In this document: positions 28,221 through 38,916 of the stretch, one piece after another | Position numbering within the stretch: the stretch's first letter is position 1 | Layout: the number at the start of each line of letters is the position of its first letter | NCBI GenBank assembly: GCA_963706575.1 | Contig: CAVPNL010000006.1 | Location: 384,001 to 448,000 of the forward strand | DNA from: an uncultured delta proteobacterium | GTDB lineage: Bacteria; Desulfobacterota; Desulfobacteria; Desulfobacterales; JAHEIW01 | DNA: 64,000 nucleotides | Direction of reading: 5' to 3' | Program-made: the position numbers and the translations under genes | The notes under the pieces: generated by a model | The model's database searches: none | What the model was told of the DNA's origin: nothing | Seen by the model: only the letters and a program-made list of their open reading frames with translations

Positions 28221-29916
28221 TTACCATTCGATCCTTCCGGGAACGAAGATGTAATTTTCCACCGGTTGCTCGCTGAGCCTAGCGCTCGGCTCTTTTTGCG
28301 GTACTATTGTCAGGACAATTTTTTCGATATTCTGCAGAAATTTTTTTTTCTTTACTGTTTGAGGCACTAAAGGTTAAATGGGCGCCCCACATATCTTCAG
28401 TTAACAAATCCATTTCATGTTCGAATCGGTGTGACCCCGTTTTATCTTTGATGGAAAGCCTTATATCCGTTATCCTATTTTTGTTTTGCTCCAGCTGCAA
28501 TAAAGCCCTTTCATCAAGATAGATATGCACTCTATTTTCTTTTTCAAAGATTTGTTGGTACTTCAAATTCAACTGCACCGGTGGCTTGCCGCTGGGTTTT
28601 GATACAAAATAGTTGCTTTGATTGAAATATTTGAACTTGATGTTTTCCAGGCGCTTGATGCGGGCATTGGTTGCATTTTTTACAGGATGATCCAGGCGCA
28701 TGTCCGGATGCAATTTTTCGGTCAATTCGCCAAACTGCAGCTTTTTAATCAAGGATATGAACGCCCGGCGTTCTTTTTTATGAATGTCAAAATAGAGTGC
28801 GACCATCGAATCGGCTTGCTGAACATAATTCAGCTGATAGTCTAACAGCGAATGGGGCGTGCAAGATTCGTTGGTAATTGTCAGATTTAATGCGCCGGAA
28901 ATTCCGCCACCGGCAGGACCGGCCAGAACACCGGCCATGGTAGTCAACATTTTTACGGCATCGGCGGATTCTTCATCTTCCAGGCAGCTGTAATATTTTT
29001 TCAAACTGTGCCTTTGTTCGATGTGAGCGATTGCATAAACCAGAAGCGCTTCAAGTTCGTCGTCGTTATCGAGTGAATCAAAAAGGGCGGTGGAGATGAT
29101 AATTTCACCGGCCGGAAGCGAAAAAGCATTTATTGTAGGGCTTTCGGCCAAATAAAAGGCATAATCATATCCCAGAACTTCAGTAGGCCAGTTTTCAAGT
29201 ATTTTTTCCCCAAGCGCTGACAGATGTGTCTGCTTTTCGGAGTTCTTTCCAATGAAATCGTAATCGCGGAGTCGCATGGCCCACTCTTTGGCAATAGCCT
29301 TTTCCACCGCCAATTCAGGCAGGAATAACATTTTTTTAAAACAGAACGCGCTGGGTCGATAGCCCTGCTTTTCAGCCTCTTCGAGTTTCATCCTGGCCGC
29401 ATGGCTCGGATCAGAAAAATGATTACAGGACCACAGGTGGTAAAGCTTGCTTGCAGGATCCAAGATGACATTCTGATGATTTTCATCACCTAAACTCTCG
29501 AGCAAAATTTTTTGAATATCTTGATCGGTTGTTTGCTTGAGGAGATTTGCGTTAAATGAAAATTTAACGGTTCCGGTTCCCAGGATATGATGGGATAGCT
29601 CGAGGGTGATCTCCGATTCTTCGATGGTGACATCGATGATTCTGGCAGTCAGTTTTTTACTCTGGAAAAATATCTTGCTGATCGTTTTTTCATAAAAATA
29701 TTCGATTCCCCGGAATCTTCCAAATCCGAAATTTAATTTGTTTAGCTGGGGCATTATCACCAGTTCTTTGTTCAAAACATGGCTTTTAAATTGGTCTTTT
29801 GATTTTTTGTCAAAAAAGACATCCGCCCCATCCTTGCTGAATGCCGATGAGCTCCAGGTGGCGGTCAAAATGATTACAAAAAACCAAGGGTAAAATTTTT
29901 GATATATGCTTTGCAC
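28221..29916 (-). CDS. Secreted M48-peptidase-like protein with degenerate active site; 3' frameshift in an A9 run
   Basis: INAFSLPAGEIII, DELEALLVYAIAHIEQRH; ORF stops at 28279, but removing one A restores ...FLQNIEKIVLTIVP...YIFVPGRIEW* ending at 28221. Confidence 0.7.
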
Positions 29917-29955
29917 AATTTCAACTCCTGTTTCTAATAAGAAGACCGTGATGCT

Positions 29956-30462
29956 TTAGATAGCCAGCTCAATGCCTTCTTTTTTAAATCGATTATTGAC
30001 CTTTTTTTTAATCAAAGGGGTAAGGGATTTCCACCAATCTTGTGCCAGCAACATGCTCTCCTGAAGAATGAGCGGCCAGACCTTGATTGTTTTCTGGCCT
30101 AATTCTGTCTGATAAAATTTCAGTAACGCCTTTATTTCCTTATGATTGAAGTGTTTGGCATATATCGGAACAACCATATCGAGGAAACCGCCCTTGGTGG
30201 TCATATGTTCATCGACAACTTTGTTTATCTCCTCACTCAGGATTCGATACGTTTTAGCCGGCAAATCCGGCCGTGAAGCCTTGATCGTCTGGCTAAATTG
30301 ACGAATGAAGAAATCTGAAGTTTGCCTGGTTACGTCAGGCGGCCCTGTAATCCGTATCAGTTTTTCAATATCGGCTCTTTTGGCCGGGTTTATCCGATCG
30401 GCGACCGCCGGCGTAACCAGCAAACAAAATGTCATGGCCCATGCCATCAGGATTTTTATCAT
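29956..30462 (-). CDS. DUF2059-like periplasmic protein
   Basis: Signal peptide; IYAKHF..KEIKALLKFYQTELGQK. Confidence 0.8.
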   Translation of the reverse strand: MIKILMAWAMTFCLLVTPAVADRINPAKRADIEKLIRITGPPDVTRQTSDFFIRQFSQTIKASRPDLPAKTYRILSEEINKVVDEHMTTKGGFLDMVVPIYAKHFNHKEIKALLKFYQTELGQKTIKVWPLILQESMLLAQDWWKSLTPLIKKKVNNRFKKEGIELAI

Positions 30463-30506
30463 AAATGCGCTCCCTTGCGGTATCGCCGGTTTGTATCCCG
30501 GCGAGG

Positions 30507-32204
30507 CTATTGGTTCAATATCTCGCGAGCATGCGCTAAAGTGGTCTGGGTAATTTTTTCACCGCCTAACATTCTGGCGATTTCTTGATAGCGGTCTTCT
30601 AAATCTAACAGGGTAATCGACGTTCGGGTTCTGCCGGCGGAAACTTTCTTGGAAATGCGGAAGTGCTGGCCGGCGAATTTTGCGATTTGAGGCAGGTGGG
30701 TAATACAGATCACCTGGTGACGATCGGCAAGATCAGCAAGTTTTTTGCCGACAACTTCGGCCACGCCGCCGCCGATACCGGCATCGACCTCATCAAAGAC
30801 CACTGTTTCGACCGAATCGGTTTTTGCCAGCAAGGCTTTTAAGGCCAGAATCACCCGTGAAAGCTCACCACCGGATGCAATGCTGGCCAGGGGTTTTAAA
30901 GCTTCTCCCACATTGGGGGCAATTAAAAATGTGGCCCGGTCGATGCCGCTTGCGGTGATTAGGTGGCTTTCGACCGTCAGATGTGGGTCGGTATTTTCAT
31001 CAGCCGGTGTGGTCTCCACCGCCACAGAAAAGTTGGTTTTTGACATCTTTAACGTGGCCAGCTTGGCAATCACCTTTTTGGCAAAACGGTCAGCTGCTTT
31101 TTTACGTTTATGGGATAATTTTAAGGCCAGATCTTTGAGTTCGGCGTGTAGCTGGTCGATATGGGTTTCGGCTTCGGCTATTTTTTCCGCTATATTTTCA
31201 ATGCCGCAAAGCTCATGCTCTATAGATCTGAGTTTTTCAAATACGGCATCCAATGACCCACCGTATTTGCGCTTGAGCTTGTTGAGGGTATCGAGTCTTT
31301 CTTCGACGGCTTCCAGCTGTTTCTCGTCTATTTGAATCGAATTCAGGTAGCTGCGCAATCCCTCAATCAAATCTTCGATCTGGTAGGCGGTATTCTGAAG
31401 GCTTTGCGTTTTTGAATTTAGCTGTGTGTCAATCCGGCTGATTTTGTCCAGATCTTTTTCGACCGCTACCAGTTTTTCCATGACGGAACCCGGTGCACTA
31501 TAAAGCGATTCGATACTGTTATATACCGTCTGATAAAGTTCTGCTGCGTTTTTTAATCGCACCCGTTGTTGCTCAAGATCCTGGTCTTCGCCCTGGACTG
31601 GATTGGTGGTCGTGATTTCTTTTTTTTGAAATTCCAGCAACTCCATGTGTTCCACCTGCCGTTCCTTGATGGTTTTCAATTCTCTTAATTTTTCGAGTTG
31701 CGGAAGCATTTTTTTAAAACAGATGCTGACGGCTTCTCGTAATGGAATCAGCCCACCATATTGGTCTAGAATAGACAGATGCTGTTCTTCTTTTAGCAGC
31801 AGCTGATGGGCATGTTGTCCGGAGATGCTGGCCAGATTTTCGGTGATGGTATTGAGCAACTGGATGGTGGCCATGCGTCCGTTAATGTACACTCTATTGG
31901 TGTCGTGGCGGGAAATAATGCGTCTGATCAGCAAACCTTCGGAAGGCTCATATCCGTGTGCGCTCATTATTTTGGCGACCCGGCTGGAAGCGGCAATTTC
32001 AAAAAGGGCTTCCAGCTCTGCGCTTTCAGCACCCGTGCGCACCAGATCGGCCGATGCGCGACTGCCCAGCAAAAGGTTTACCGCATTGAGGATAATGGAT
32101 TTGCCGGCACCGGTTTCTCCGCTGAGAATGGTCAGGCCCGGGGAAAAACCGATTTGCAGATCATCGATAATGGCAAAATTTCGAATGGAAAGCTCTTTTA
32201 GCAT
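30507..32204 (-). CDS. recN: DNA repair protein RecN
   Basis: LSIRNFAII, GETGAGKS, ASGGELSR, FDEVDAGIGG, CITHLPQIA. Confidence 0.97.
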   Translation of the reverse strand: MLKELSIRNFAIIDDLQIGFSPGLTILSGETGAGKSIILNAVNLLLGSRASADLVRTGAESAELEALFEIAASSRVAKIMSAHGYEPSEGLLIRRIISRHDTNRVYINGRMATIQLLNTITENLASISGQHAHQLLLKEEQHLSILDQYGGLIPLREAVSICFKKMLPQLEKLRELKTIKERQVEHMELLEFQKKEITTTNPVQGEDQDLEQQRVRLKNAAELYQTVYNSIESLYSAPGSVMEKLVAVEKDLDKISRIDTQLNSKTQSLQNTAYQIEDLIEGLRSYLNSIQIDEKQLEAVEERLDTLNKLKRKYGGSLDAVFEKLRSIEHELCGIENIAEKIAEAETHIDQLHAELKDLALKLSHKRKKAADRFAKKVIAKLATLKMSKTNFSVAVETTPADENTDPHLTVESHLITASGIDRATFLIAPNVGEALKPLASIASGGELSRVILALKALLAKTDSVETVVFDEVDAGIGGGVAEVVGKKLADLADRHQVICITHLPQIAKFAGQHFRISKKVSAGRTRTSITLLDLEDRYQEIARMLGGEKITQTTLAHAREILNQ

Positions 32205-32293
32205 TTGAAGGATTTATGGCATACCCCTTGAGGTTTGTAAAGCAGATTGGCGGCCGCCGGGCATGGGTGATAAGCTGCTGATACCGGTCCTGT

Positions 32294-33856
32294 TTATTTG
32301 GGATACCCTGTGATTTCTCGGATGCGCTCATACAATGGTTTCAGTCGCCGATACATCTTTTTGTAAACTTCATGGTAAAGCGCATCATATAAGGCATGGT
32401 TTTTTTGATCGGGTTCAAAGACTTCGCCGATGTGCGTCATGGCATCAACAGCGGTTTTAAAATCCGGATGTAGATCCAATCCCACGGCAGCATCGATGGC
32501 CGCCCCCAGACCGGAGGTCTCATAAATATGGGGTTTGACGGTGGGCAGACCGAATATATCGGCGGTTAGCTGAAGCGCACTGCGGCTCTGGCTGCCGCCG
32601 CCCGATACCCGCAGGGCGGTTATTGCAGTGCCACTGCGTTTTTCGATACGCTCTTTGCCTTCCCGCAGGGCATAGGCCAGTCCCTCTAAAATCGAGCGGT
32701 ACAGATGGGCGCGGGTATGTAAGTCGCCGAAACCGATAATGGCGCCCTTGGCCTCCGGTCCCGGCATTTTGAGGCCGGGGGTCCAGTAGGGCTGGAGCAT
32801 CAGTCCCATGGATCCCGGTGGAATGGCCTCCACCAGCTTATCAAAAAGGGCTTCCGGTGGGATTCCCTGGCGAGCGGCTTCCTGCTGTTCATGCTGGCCG
32901 AATTGTTCTTTAAACCATTTGACCATCCAGTAGCCCCGGTAAACCTGAACTTCAATTGTGTAAAAGTTTGATACGGCTGATGGATAAGCGGGCAGCAGGG
33001 GAATGGGCTCGATATATTTTTTATGCGTGACGTTGATGGTGGCGGTGGTGCCGTAACTTAAACACCCGACGGACGATTCGAGGCTGCCGGAGCCGATAAC
33101 CTCGCAAGCCTTGTCAGCCGCCGCCGCGATCAACGGCAATCCTTGAGGAATTCCGGTTTCGCGAGCCGCAGCGGTGGTGATTTCACCCAGGAGCTCTCCC
33201 GGCGGGACCAGTTCGGGCAGCATGGCCGGATTTATTCCCGGTAAAACCCGCCATTTCCAGTCCCAGCTGGCTGACCAGCGCAAGCGCTTGTAGTCAAACG
33301 GGATATACGCCACCTGGCAACCAACGGAATCAACAAAATTACCGGTCAGCCGGTAGGTCAGGTAACCGGAAAGAAGCAAATATTTATGCGTGTTTCGCCA
33401 GATGTCCGGCTGATAGGTGCGGATCCAGTTGGCTTCGGCTTCCTGCTGTAGATAGGTAACTGTTTTCTTCAGGCGGGCAATTTTGAAAATTAATCCCCAG
33501 AGGCCGCTCACCGGCGGCAATCCGTAGGTTTTGCGCTGATCCAGCCACATCATCGCAGGGCGCAGCGGCTTTCCTTCTTTATCAACATTGACGACGCTTC
33601 CGCGCTGGGTGGTTAAGGCCACTCCGGCAACGCGATCTTTATCAACCTTGGGATGCTGCCAGACTCCCTGGCAGGCCTTGACCAGGGCCTGCCAGAATAT
33701 TTTCGGGTCTTGCTCCGCCCAGGCCGGTTGCTCCGAATAATAGGGGACAAAGGTCACGGCTTCTTTGGCCAACAGCTGCCCGGCGGCATCGAATATTAAC
33801 GCTTTAAGGCTTTGGGTTCCGTTGTCAATTGCCAGGATTAGATCTTGGGTTGTCAT
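32294..33856 (-). CDS. FGGY-family carbohydrate kinase
   Basis: [32 protein letters not shown]. Confidence 0.92.
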   Translation of the reverse strand: MTTQDLILAIDNGTQSLKALIFDAAGQLLAKEAVTFVPYYSEQPAWAEQDPKIFWQALVKACQGVWQHPKVDKDRVAGVALTTQRGSVVNVDKEGKPLRPAMMWLDQRKTYGLPPVSGLWGLIFKIARLKKTVTYLQQEAEANWIRTYQPDIWRNTHKYLLLSGYLTYRLTGNFVDSVGCQVAYIPFDYKRLRWSASWDWKWRVLPGINPAMLPELVPPGELLGEITTAAARETGIPQGLPLIAAAADKACEVIGSGSLESSVGCLSYGTTATINVTHKKYIEPIPLLPAYPSAVSNFYTIEVQVYRGYWMVKWFKEQFGQHEQQEAARQGIPPEALFDKLVEAIPPGSMGLMLQPYWTPGLKMPGPEAKGAIIGFGDLHTRAHLYRSILEGLAYALREGKERIEKRSGTAITALRVSGGGSQSRSALQLTADIFGLPTVKPHIYETSGLGAAIDAAVGLDLHPDFKTAVDAMTHIGEVFEPDQKNHALYDALYHEVYKKMYRRLKPLYERIREITGYPK

Positions 33857-33866
33857 ATTAAGCCTT

Positions 33867-33986
33867 GGTGTCAGGATTCAATGATTGAGGAATTCAGGAA
33901 TTCAGGGATTTAGGAATTAGAATGACACAATACCTTCAATACCTAAATTCCTGAATTCGCAATTCCTAAATTTAACTGCTGACACC
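33867..33986. repeat. Nested inverted repeats: GGTGTCAG...CTGACACC around (ATTCAGGA)n...(TCCTGAAT)n
   Basis: gaggaattcaggaattcagggatttaggaatt ... cctaaattcctgaattcgcaattcctaaat. Confidence 0.75.
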
Positions 33987-34016
33987 TGAAACCCACTAAT
34001 TTGCGCGTCGCGCAAA

Positions 34017-35696
34017 TTAGTTAGGATTACTCCCCCACCGTTTAGGCCAAATTTTAGCTGCAATCCTATTGAACCATTGGGCAATGGCAGCAAATGGGTT
34101 GAAGATCTTTATCCTTTTTGGGATGGTGCCCTGTAGCGGCAGCGCATGGGAACAGCTCCACTGGTCGAGATACATGGCAATTTCTTCTTTCCAGCGTTTG
34201 TTGTCCCAGGGCAGCGCCGGTTGGCATAGGGCCCGGATTCGTTTCAGATGTTCTTTACCGCCTTGAGGGGTCAGCAGGCCGATACGCACTCTTCTCAAAA
34301 GCAGGTCTCCCAGATGGCGCACCCGCTCGTTTGCGGCCACGAACGGCAACTCGGCCCACAGGGTGTGGGTGGCGGGAATTTGCTCTAAATCCCGCGCCTC
34401 TGCCGCTTGCACCAAATCATCCGCTCTTTGGCCGTAACGGCCGTAAAGCCGTCGCCAGACGGCGTCGGCCAAGCCGAAATTATGAACCGCTTTATCCGGT
34501 GGTCTGGCAAAGAGCGGTTTGTGCTTATCCGAGAATTTTTGAGATACTACAAACGGTTTGGCGGCCTTGAGGGCATCCCAGGCTAAACGACGGAACGTCG
34601 TCAGTTTTCCGCCCGTGACGGTCACCAGGCCCTGATCCACCCAGACAACATGTTCGCGTGATTCCTCCGAAGGAGACAGCCGGCCATCGCTTAAGATGGG
34701 TCGCAAGCCGGCAAATGCGGAAATACAGTCATTTAAGGAAATATCCAGTGATGGAAATAGGGTGTTCAGGCCCTCAAGCAGATAAGCGATTTCGCCCTCG
34801 GTAATAGTGGGCTCGAGGGAGAGGTCCGTTTTGTGATCCAGATCGGTGGTCCCGACCAGAACGGCGCCCTCCCAGGGCAAAACAAAGATGGTGCGGTTGT
34901 CTCGCGGATGAACAAAGCAGACGCCGACGTTGATCGGCAGCGCCTCGGCTGAAAATACGAGATGGCTGCCGCGCAGGGGACGCAGGTGGCGGCCGGGTTC
35001 AGGTGAGGGATGAAGCGTTTCAGCCCAGCAACCGGTGGCATTAATGACCAGCGGGGTTTCAAGTGTTCTGGCTTCGCGGGTTTCGGTATCCTCGATTTTG
35101 ACGCCGACTACATCGCCGCTGTCATTGCGCAAAATATCGATGGCGGCAGTGTAGTTCAAGGCACCGGCACCGGCGGCGACCGATTCATTGATCAGGCGCA
35201 GCACCAGCCGCGAATCGTCAACCTGGGCGTCATAAAAGAAAAATCCACCCTTCAGGCCCTGCTGTCGGGCATAGGGCATACGCCGGTAAAATTCGGTTTT
35301 TTCGAGAAAGCGGTGCTGGTGTTCACGGGCCATCAGGTCATACAACGACAGACCGATTTTAAGGGTGCGCTTGCCGGGACGCTGATGCTCGTATACCGGC
35401 AGCAAAAACTCCAGGGGCTCGACCAGTCCGGGGACTTCTTTCAGCAGATGCTCCCGTTCTTCAACCGCCATCTTTGTGAGCAAAAAATGTCCTTCCTTCA
35501 GGTAACGCAAACCGCCGTGGACCAGCTTCGAAGAGCGGCTGGAGGTTCCCCAGGCAAAGTCCTTTTGCTCCACCAGAAGCGCCTGCAACCCCATATTGGT
35601 GGCTTCGCGCAGTATCCCGGCGCCGGTTATACCGCCGCCGATAACCACAAGATCCCAGTGTGGTGCAATGTTGTTTATGTTCATTTCCAAATTCAT
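34017..35696 (-). CDS. GlpD-like FAD-dependent glycerol-3-phosphate dehydrogenase/oxidase
   Basis: IGGGITGAG, DFAWGTSSRSSKLVHGGLRYL, GGKLTTFR; start uncertain (35684-35717). Confidence 0.9.
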   Translation of the reverse strand: MNLEMNINNIAPHWDLVVIGGGITGAGILREATNMGLQALLVEQKDFAWGTSSRSSKLVHGGLRYLKEGHFLLTKMAVEEREHLLKEVPGLVEPLEFLLPVYEHQRPGKRTLKIGLSLYDLMAREHQHRFLEKTEFYRRMPYARQQGLKGGFFFYDAQVDDSRLVLRLINESVAAGAGALNYTAAIDILRNDSGDVVGVKIEDTETREARTLETPLVINATGCWAETLHPSPEPGRHLRPLRGSHLVFSAEALPINVGVCFVHPRDNRTIFVLPWEGAVLVGTTDLDHKTDLSLEPTITEGEIAYLLEGLNTLFPSLDISLNDCISAFAGLRPILSDGRLSPSEESREHVVWVDQGLVTVTGGKLTTFRRLAWDALKAAKPFVVSQKFSDKHKPLFARPPDKAVHNFGLADAVWRRLYGRYGQRADDLVQAAEARDLEQIPATHTLWAELPFVAANERVRHLGDLLLRRVRIGLLTPQGGKEHLKRIRALCQPALPWDNKRWKEEIAMYLDQWSCSHALPLQGTIPKRIKIFNPFAAIAQWFNRIAAKIWPKRWGSNPN

Positions 35697-35893
35697 TGCG
35701 GTTATTGTCCGGTTCAAAGTTTAGTGTTGCCACAAGGGCATCCGGAACAAACCCTCTGTGCTGGTCGTCAGTTTATATGCTCCCATTTCAAATATTCGGC
35801 TAAAACAGTCGTTTTCTTAACTTTTTTTTGCCAGCCGGCTCTCCATTTTTTCTTTTGGACGGGTGCGTTTCTTCTGATTTTTTCTACCGGACG

Positions 35894-37492
35894 TTACGGC
35901 AGCAATTTGCCCGGATTCATTTGCCGGTGGGGATCCAGATAACTGAAGACCTGAAAGAGGGTGTTTATTCCAATGGGTCCTTTTTCGGCTTCCAGATAAG
36001 GCGAATGGTCCTTGCCGACGCCATGATGATGGCTGATGGTTCCCCCGGCTTCTACAATTGCCCGGCTGGCTGCCCGTTTCAGTGTCCGCCAGCGTTCAAG
36101 GGTCTTTTGCGGGGTGCCGGCCAGACGAAAGACAAACGTGGTATAGATACTTGATCCGGTGGCATAAACGTGCGAAAGGTGGCTAAATGCCAGGATGCGA
36201 TCATTCGTGGGCTCCAGAGCCTGGGCCAGCTCGTTTTCGACGCCAACCATTGTATCCGTTACCTTATCCCAGTTCACCGCTGTTTCCAGGGTATCAACAG
36301 CATAACCCAGATCCCAGAGGGTATTGCGCAAATATGCCGATCGAAATCGATTTTTTTTCCAGGCGTTTCCGATGCGTTTGCCAACCGCAATGCCCTTGAA
36401 GCGGCCAATGATCGAGCCGGCTTCATTTCTTGCGCCCCGGGCTTGTCTTGCAGATCCGATATAGCCAATCAGACACATACAGGCGGCATTCGGATCGATA
36501 CCGCGTAATTTCAAATAACGCTTGAGCCATTTGATCTGCTGCTCATGTCCGGCCAGGGCAAGATTGACCCGCGTCTCCTGCGGATTGCTCAGCCGGACCA
36601 TGGAGAGTGGAATTTTAGATTGAGCCAGTGTTTGCACCGCCTGGCAGGCATGATTCCAGGAAGGAAAAAATATCCCATGGATTTCGTTGACATCCGGCAA
36701 CGGTGAAATTCTGACGATGACTCGGGTTAAGATCCCCATTCGTCCTTCAGATCCCAGAACCAGATGACGGATATCCGGACCGGCCGCCGAAGCCGGAAAC
36801 GGCGGCAGTTTCAACTGACCCTTAAATGTGGAGATCTCTCCGCCCGCAAAAAGCTGTTCGATCCTGCCGTAATGCCTGGATTGCTGACCGCTGGAGCGGG
36901 TGGTAACCCAGCCACCCAGCGTGGAATATTCGAAACTCTGCGGAAAGTGACCCAGGGTGAACCCTTTTGAATTGAGATGCTTTTCAAGTTCGGGGCCGAG
37001 TATCCCGGCTTCAAATGTTGCCAGCAAATTGCTTTCTTCAATGCCGATCAGGCGGTTTAGACCACTCAACGCAATACTGAGCACCGGCCGCTCTTCTGTT
37101 TCATAAATTTCAAGATGACCCGCAACGCTGGTACCGCCGCCATACGGGATGACGATGGCGTTGTGATCGGTTGCGTATGCCAGCAAAGCCTGGATGTCTT
37201 CTCCGGTTTTGGGCCGGGCCACGCCATCGGGAAAATGCGCAAGGATGCCTCCGCGCAACCGAATCCAATCCGGCAGACTCTGCCCGTGGGCACACTCAAG
37301 CCGTTGGCGCGGGTCTGCGGTCACCAGCGGATGTCGCGGCAGTCGCGGTGCCGGTATGCGTACTAGAAATTTATCCAGGGGGTAATCCGGGCATACCGTT
37401 CCGTCGCCGATTTGCTGCTTTAAAAGGGCCAGGCCGCTGTCAGACAATCCAATCTGAATGGAATCATCTCCCCACCCGTTCCATCGACGCAA
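35894..37492 (-). CDS. FAD-binding oxidoreductase, alkyl-dihydroxyacetone-phosphate synthase-like
   Basis: MRRWNGWG, PYGGGTSV, GHFPQSFEYSTLGGW, GSEGRMGI, HLSHVY, ISHHHGVG, MNPGKL. Confidence 0.88.
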   Translation of the reverse strand: MRRWNGWGDDSIQIGLSDSGLALLKQQIGDGTVCPDYPLDKFLVRIPAPRLPRHPLVTADPRQRLECAHGQSLPDWIRLRGGILAHFPDGVARPKTGEDIQALLAYATDHNAIVIPYGGGTSVAGHLEIYETEERPVLSIALSGLNRLIGIEESNLLATFEAGILGPELEKHLNSKGFTLGHFPQSFEYSTLGGWVTTRSSGQQSRHYGRIEQLFAGGEISTFKGQLKLPPFPASAAGPDIRHLVLGSEGRMGILTRVIVRISPLPDVNEIHGIFFPSWNHACQAVQTLAQSKIPLSMVRLSNPQETRVNLALAGHEQQIKWLKRYLKLRGIDPNAACMCLIGYIGSARQARGARNEAGSIIGRFKGIAVGKRIGNAWKKNRFRSAYLRNTLWDLGYAVDTLETAVNWDKVTDTMVGVENELAQALEPTNDRILAFSHLSHVYATGSSIYTTFVFRLAGTPQKTLERWRTLKRAASRAIVEAGGTISHHHGVGKDHSPYLEAEKGPIGINTLFQVFSYLDPHRQMNPGKLLP

Positions 37493-37519
37493 GCTTTTCT
37501 CCTTTCAAATATTACCGGA

Positions 37520-38533
37520 TTATTTTTGAAAAGCATTTTGAGCGCGGGCGATTTCCCCCACAGATCCCATGACGATCAGGGTCATTCCCGCAGTGAGCAC
37601 CTGTTCGGGTGGCTGGTTAAATTCAATTTCATTGTCCTCGTCTTTAGACCCCAACACCAGCAGACCGTAGCGTTGTTTTAAGCCGCATGCGCGGATTTCT
37701 TTCCGGTTGAACTTTGAATTCTCTGAAACCGTTAATTCATGAATTCTGAGGTTTCCCCGGCTCGAGCGCAGCATACGATCCAGGAAATCCACCGCCGTCG
37801 GCCGGATCATTTCTGATGCCATGCGCAGCGCGCCGATCGCATTGGGGCACACCACGGCATCGGCCCCGGCCTTGATCAGCTTGGGTTCCAGATGCGGATT
37901 GGTCATGCGGCTGATAATGCGAAGATTCTTATTGAGCATCCGGGCGGTCATGGTCACATAAAGGGTGTCCTTGTCAGACGGCAGCGTGATGATGATCCCC
38001 GCTGCCCGTTCGATGCCGGCGGTGAACAGGTTTTCATCATCGGTGGCATCTCCCTGGATATAAAGCAGTTCGCATATTTCCTTGCAGCGTTCGATTCCTT
38101 CTGTATTTTCCTCGATCAACACAGCCACCTGGTTGTTTTTGCACAGTTCGGTAATCACCCCGCTGCCGGTTTGGCCCCCACCGCAGACGATATAATGATC
38201 GGATAATTTATTAATGTGCTTTGCCATTCTTTTTTTCCTTAAAATTCCTGAAAGTTCTCCTTCTAAAAACAAAGCTGTCAGGGAGCTGATGCCGTAAAGA
38301 ATTACACCCATGCCGAAGGTAATCAACAGCATCGTAAATATCTGGGCCGAATCGTTTCCCGTAACCTCTAAGACCTCACCGTAGCCGACCGTGGTCAGGG
38401 AAACCACCGTCATGTAAACACAATCCAAAAATTTGGGCTCGCGATTAAAAATAATATAATAGCCGGTGCTGCCGGCCATAATGACCAAAAAAATTAAAAC
38501 CAGCAAATAATATAAACGTTTGCGTATGCTCAT
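37520..38533 (-). CDS. Potassium channel with RCK (TrkA-N/C) domains
   Basis: TTVGYGE selectivity filter, HYIVCGGG, GDATD. Confidence 0.93.
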   Translation of the reverse strand: MSIRKRLYYLLVLIFLVIMAGSTGYYIIFNREPKFLDCVYMTVVSLTTVGYGEVLEVTGNDSAQIFTMLLITFGMGVILYGISSLTALFLEGELSGILRKKRMAKHINKLSDHYIVCGGGQTGSGVITELCKNNQVAVLIEENTEGIERCKEICELLYIQGDATDDENLFTAGIERAAGIIITLPSDKDTLYVTMTARMLNKNLRIISRMTNPHLEPKLIKAGADAVVCPNAIGALRMASEMIRPTAVDFLDRMLRSSRGNLRIHELTVSENSKFNRKEIRACGLKQRYGLLVLGSKDEDNEIEFNQPPEQVLTAGMTLIVMGSVGEIARAQNAFQK

Positions 38534-38745
38534 AGCATTCAGAATTGCTTTTCGAAATGGCGTCTGCCCGAATAGGAAGCAATTAAGATTCTATACCAGT
38601 CATATAGAGGGTGTAAAGGATTTTAGAACCCATCTCAAAATGTCTTTTGGCCCCATAGTTAGGCCGATTTAAAATCTTTACAAAGATTCAAGCATGATTT
38701 ACGTTAGAAATTCAGTACCCGCCTGACCTTAATAGCGTATCATTT

Positions 38746-38872
38746 TAGAAGTGGTTTCAAAACCCCATCTAAGGCCCAATGGCTGCGTTGCCCCGCCAAT
38801 TGAAATACTCACGTTTCAATTGGCAGGACGCCTTGCCCTTGAACCTGATCTGTGGTTTTGAAACCACTTCTA
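38746..38872. mobile_element. MITE family A, copy 3 (127 bp)
   Basis: TAGAAGTGGTTTCAAAAC ... GTTTTGAAACCACTTCTA. Confidence 0.87.
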
Positions 38873-38916
38873 TGCTAAAATAGGCCGGGTGAAATTTTAG
38901 CGGCAACGAGGACGCA

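Noticed and set aside
35010..35942. 310-aa plus-strand ORF (also 49503..50216 and similar antisense ORFs)
   Set aside because: Antisense shadows of well-supported genes.
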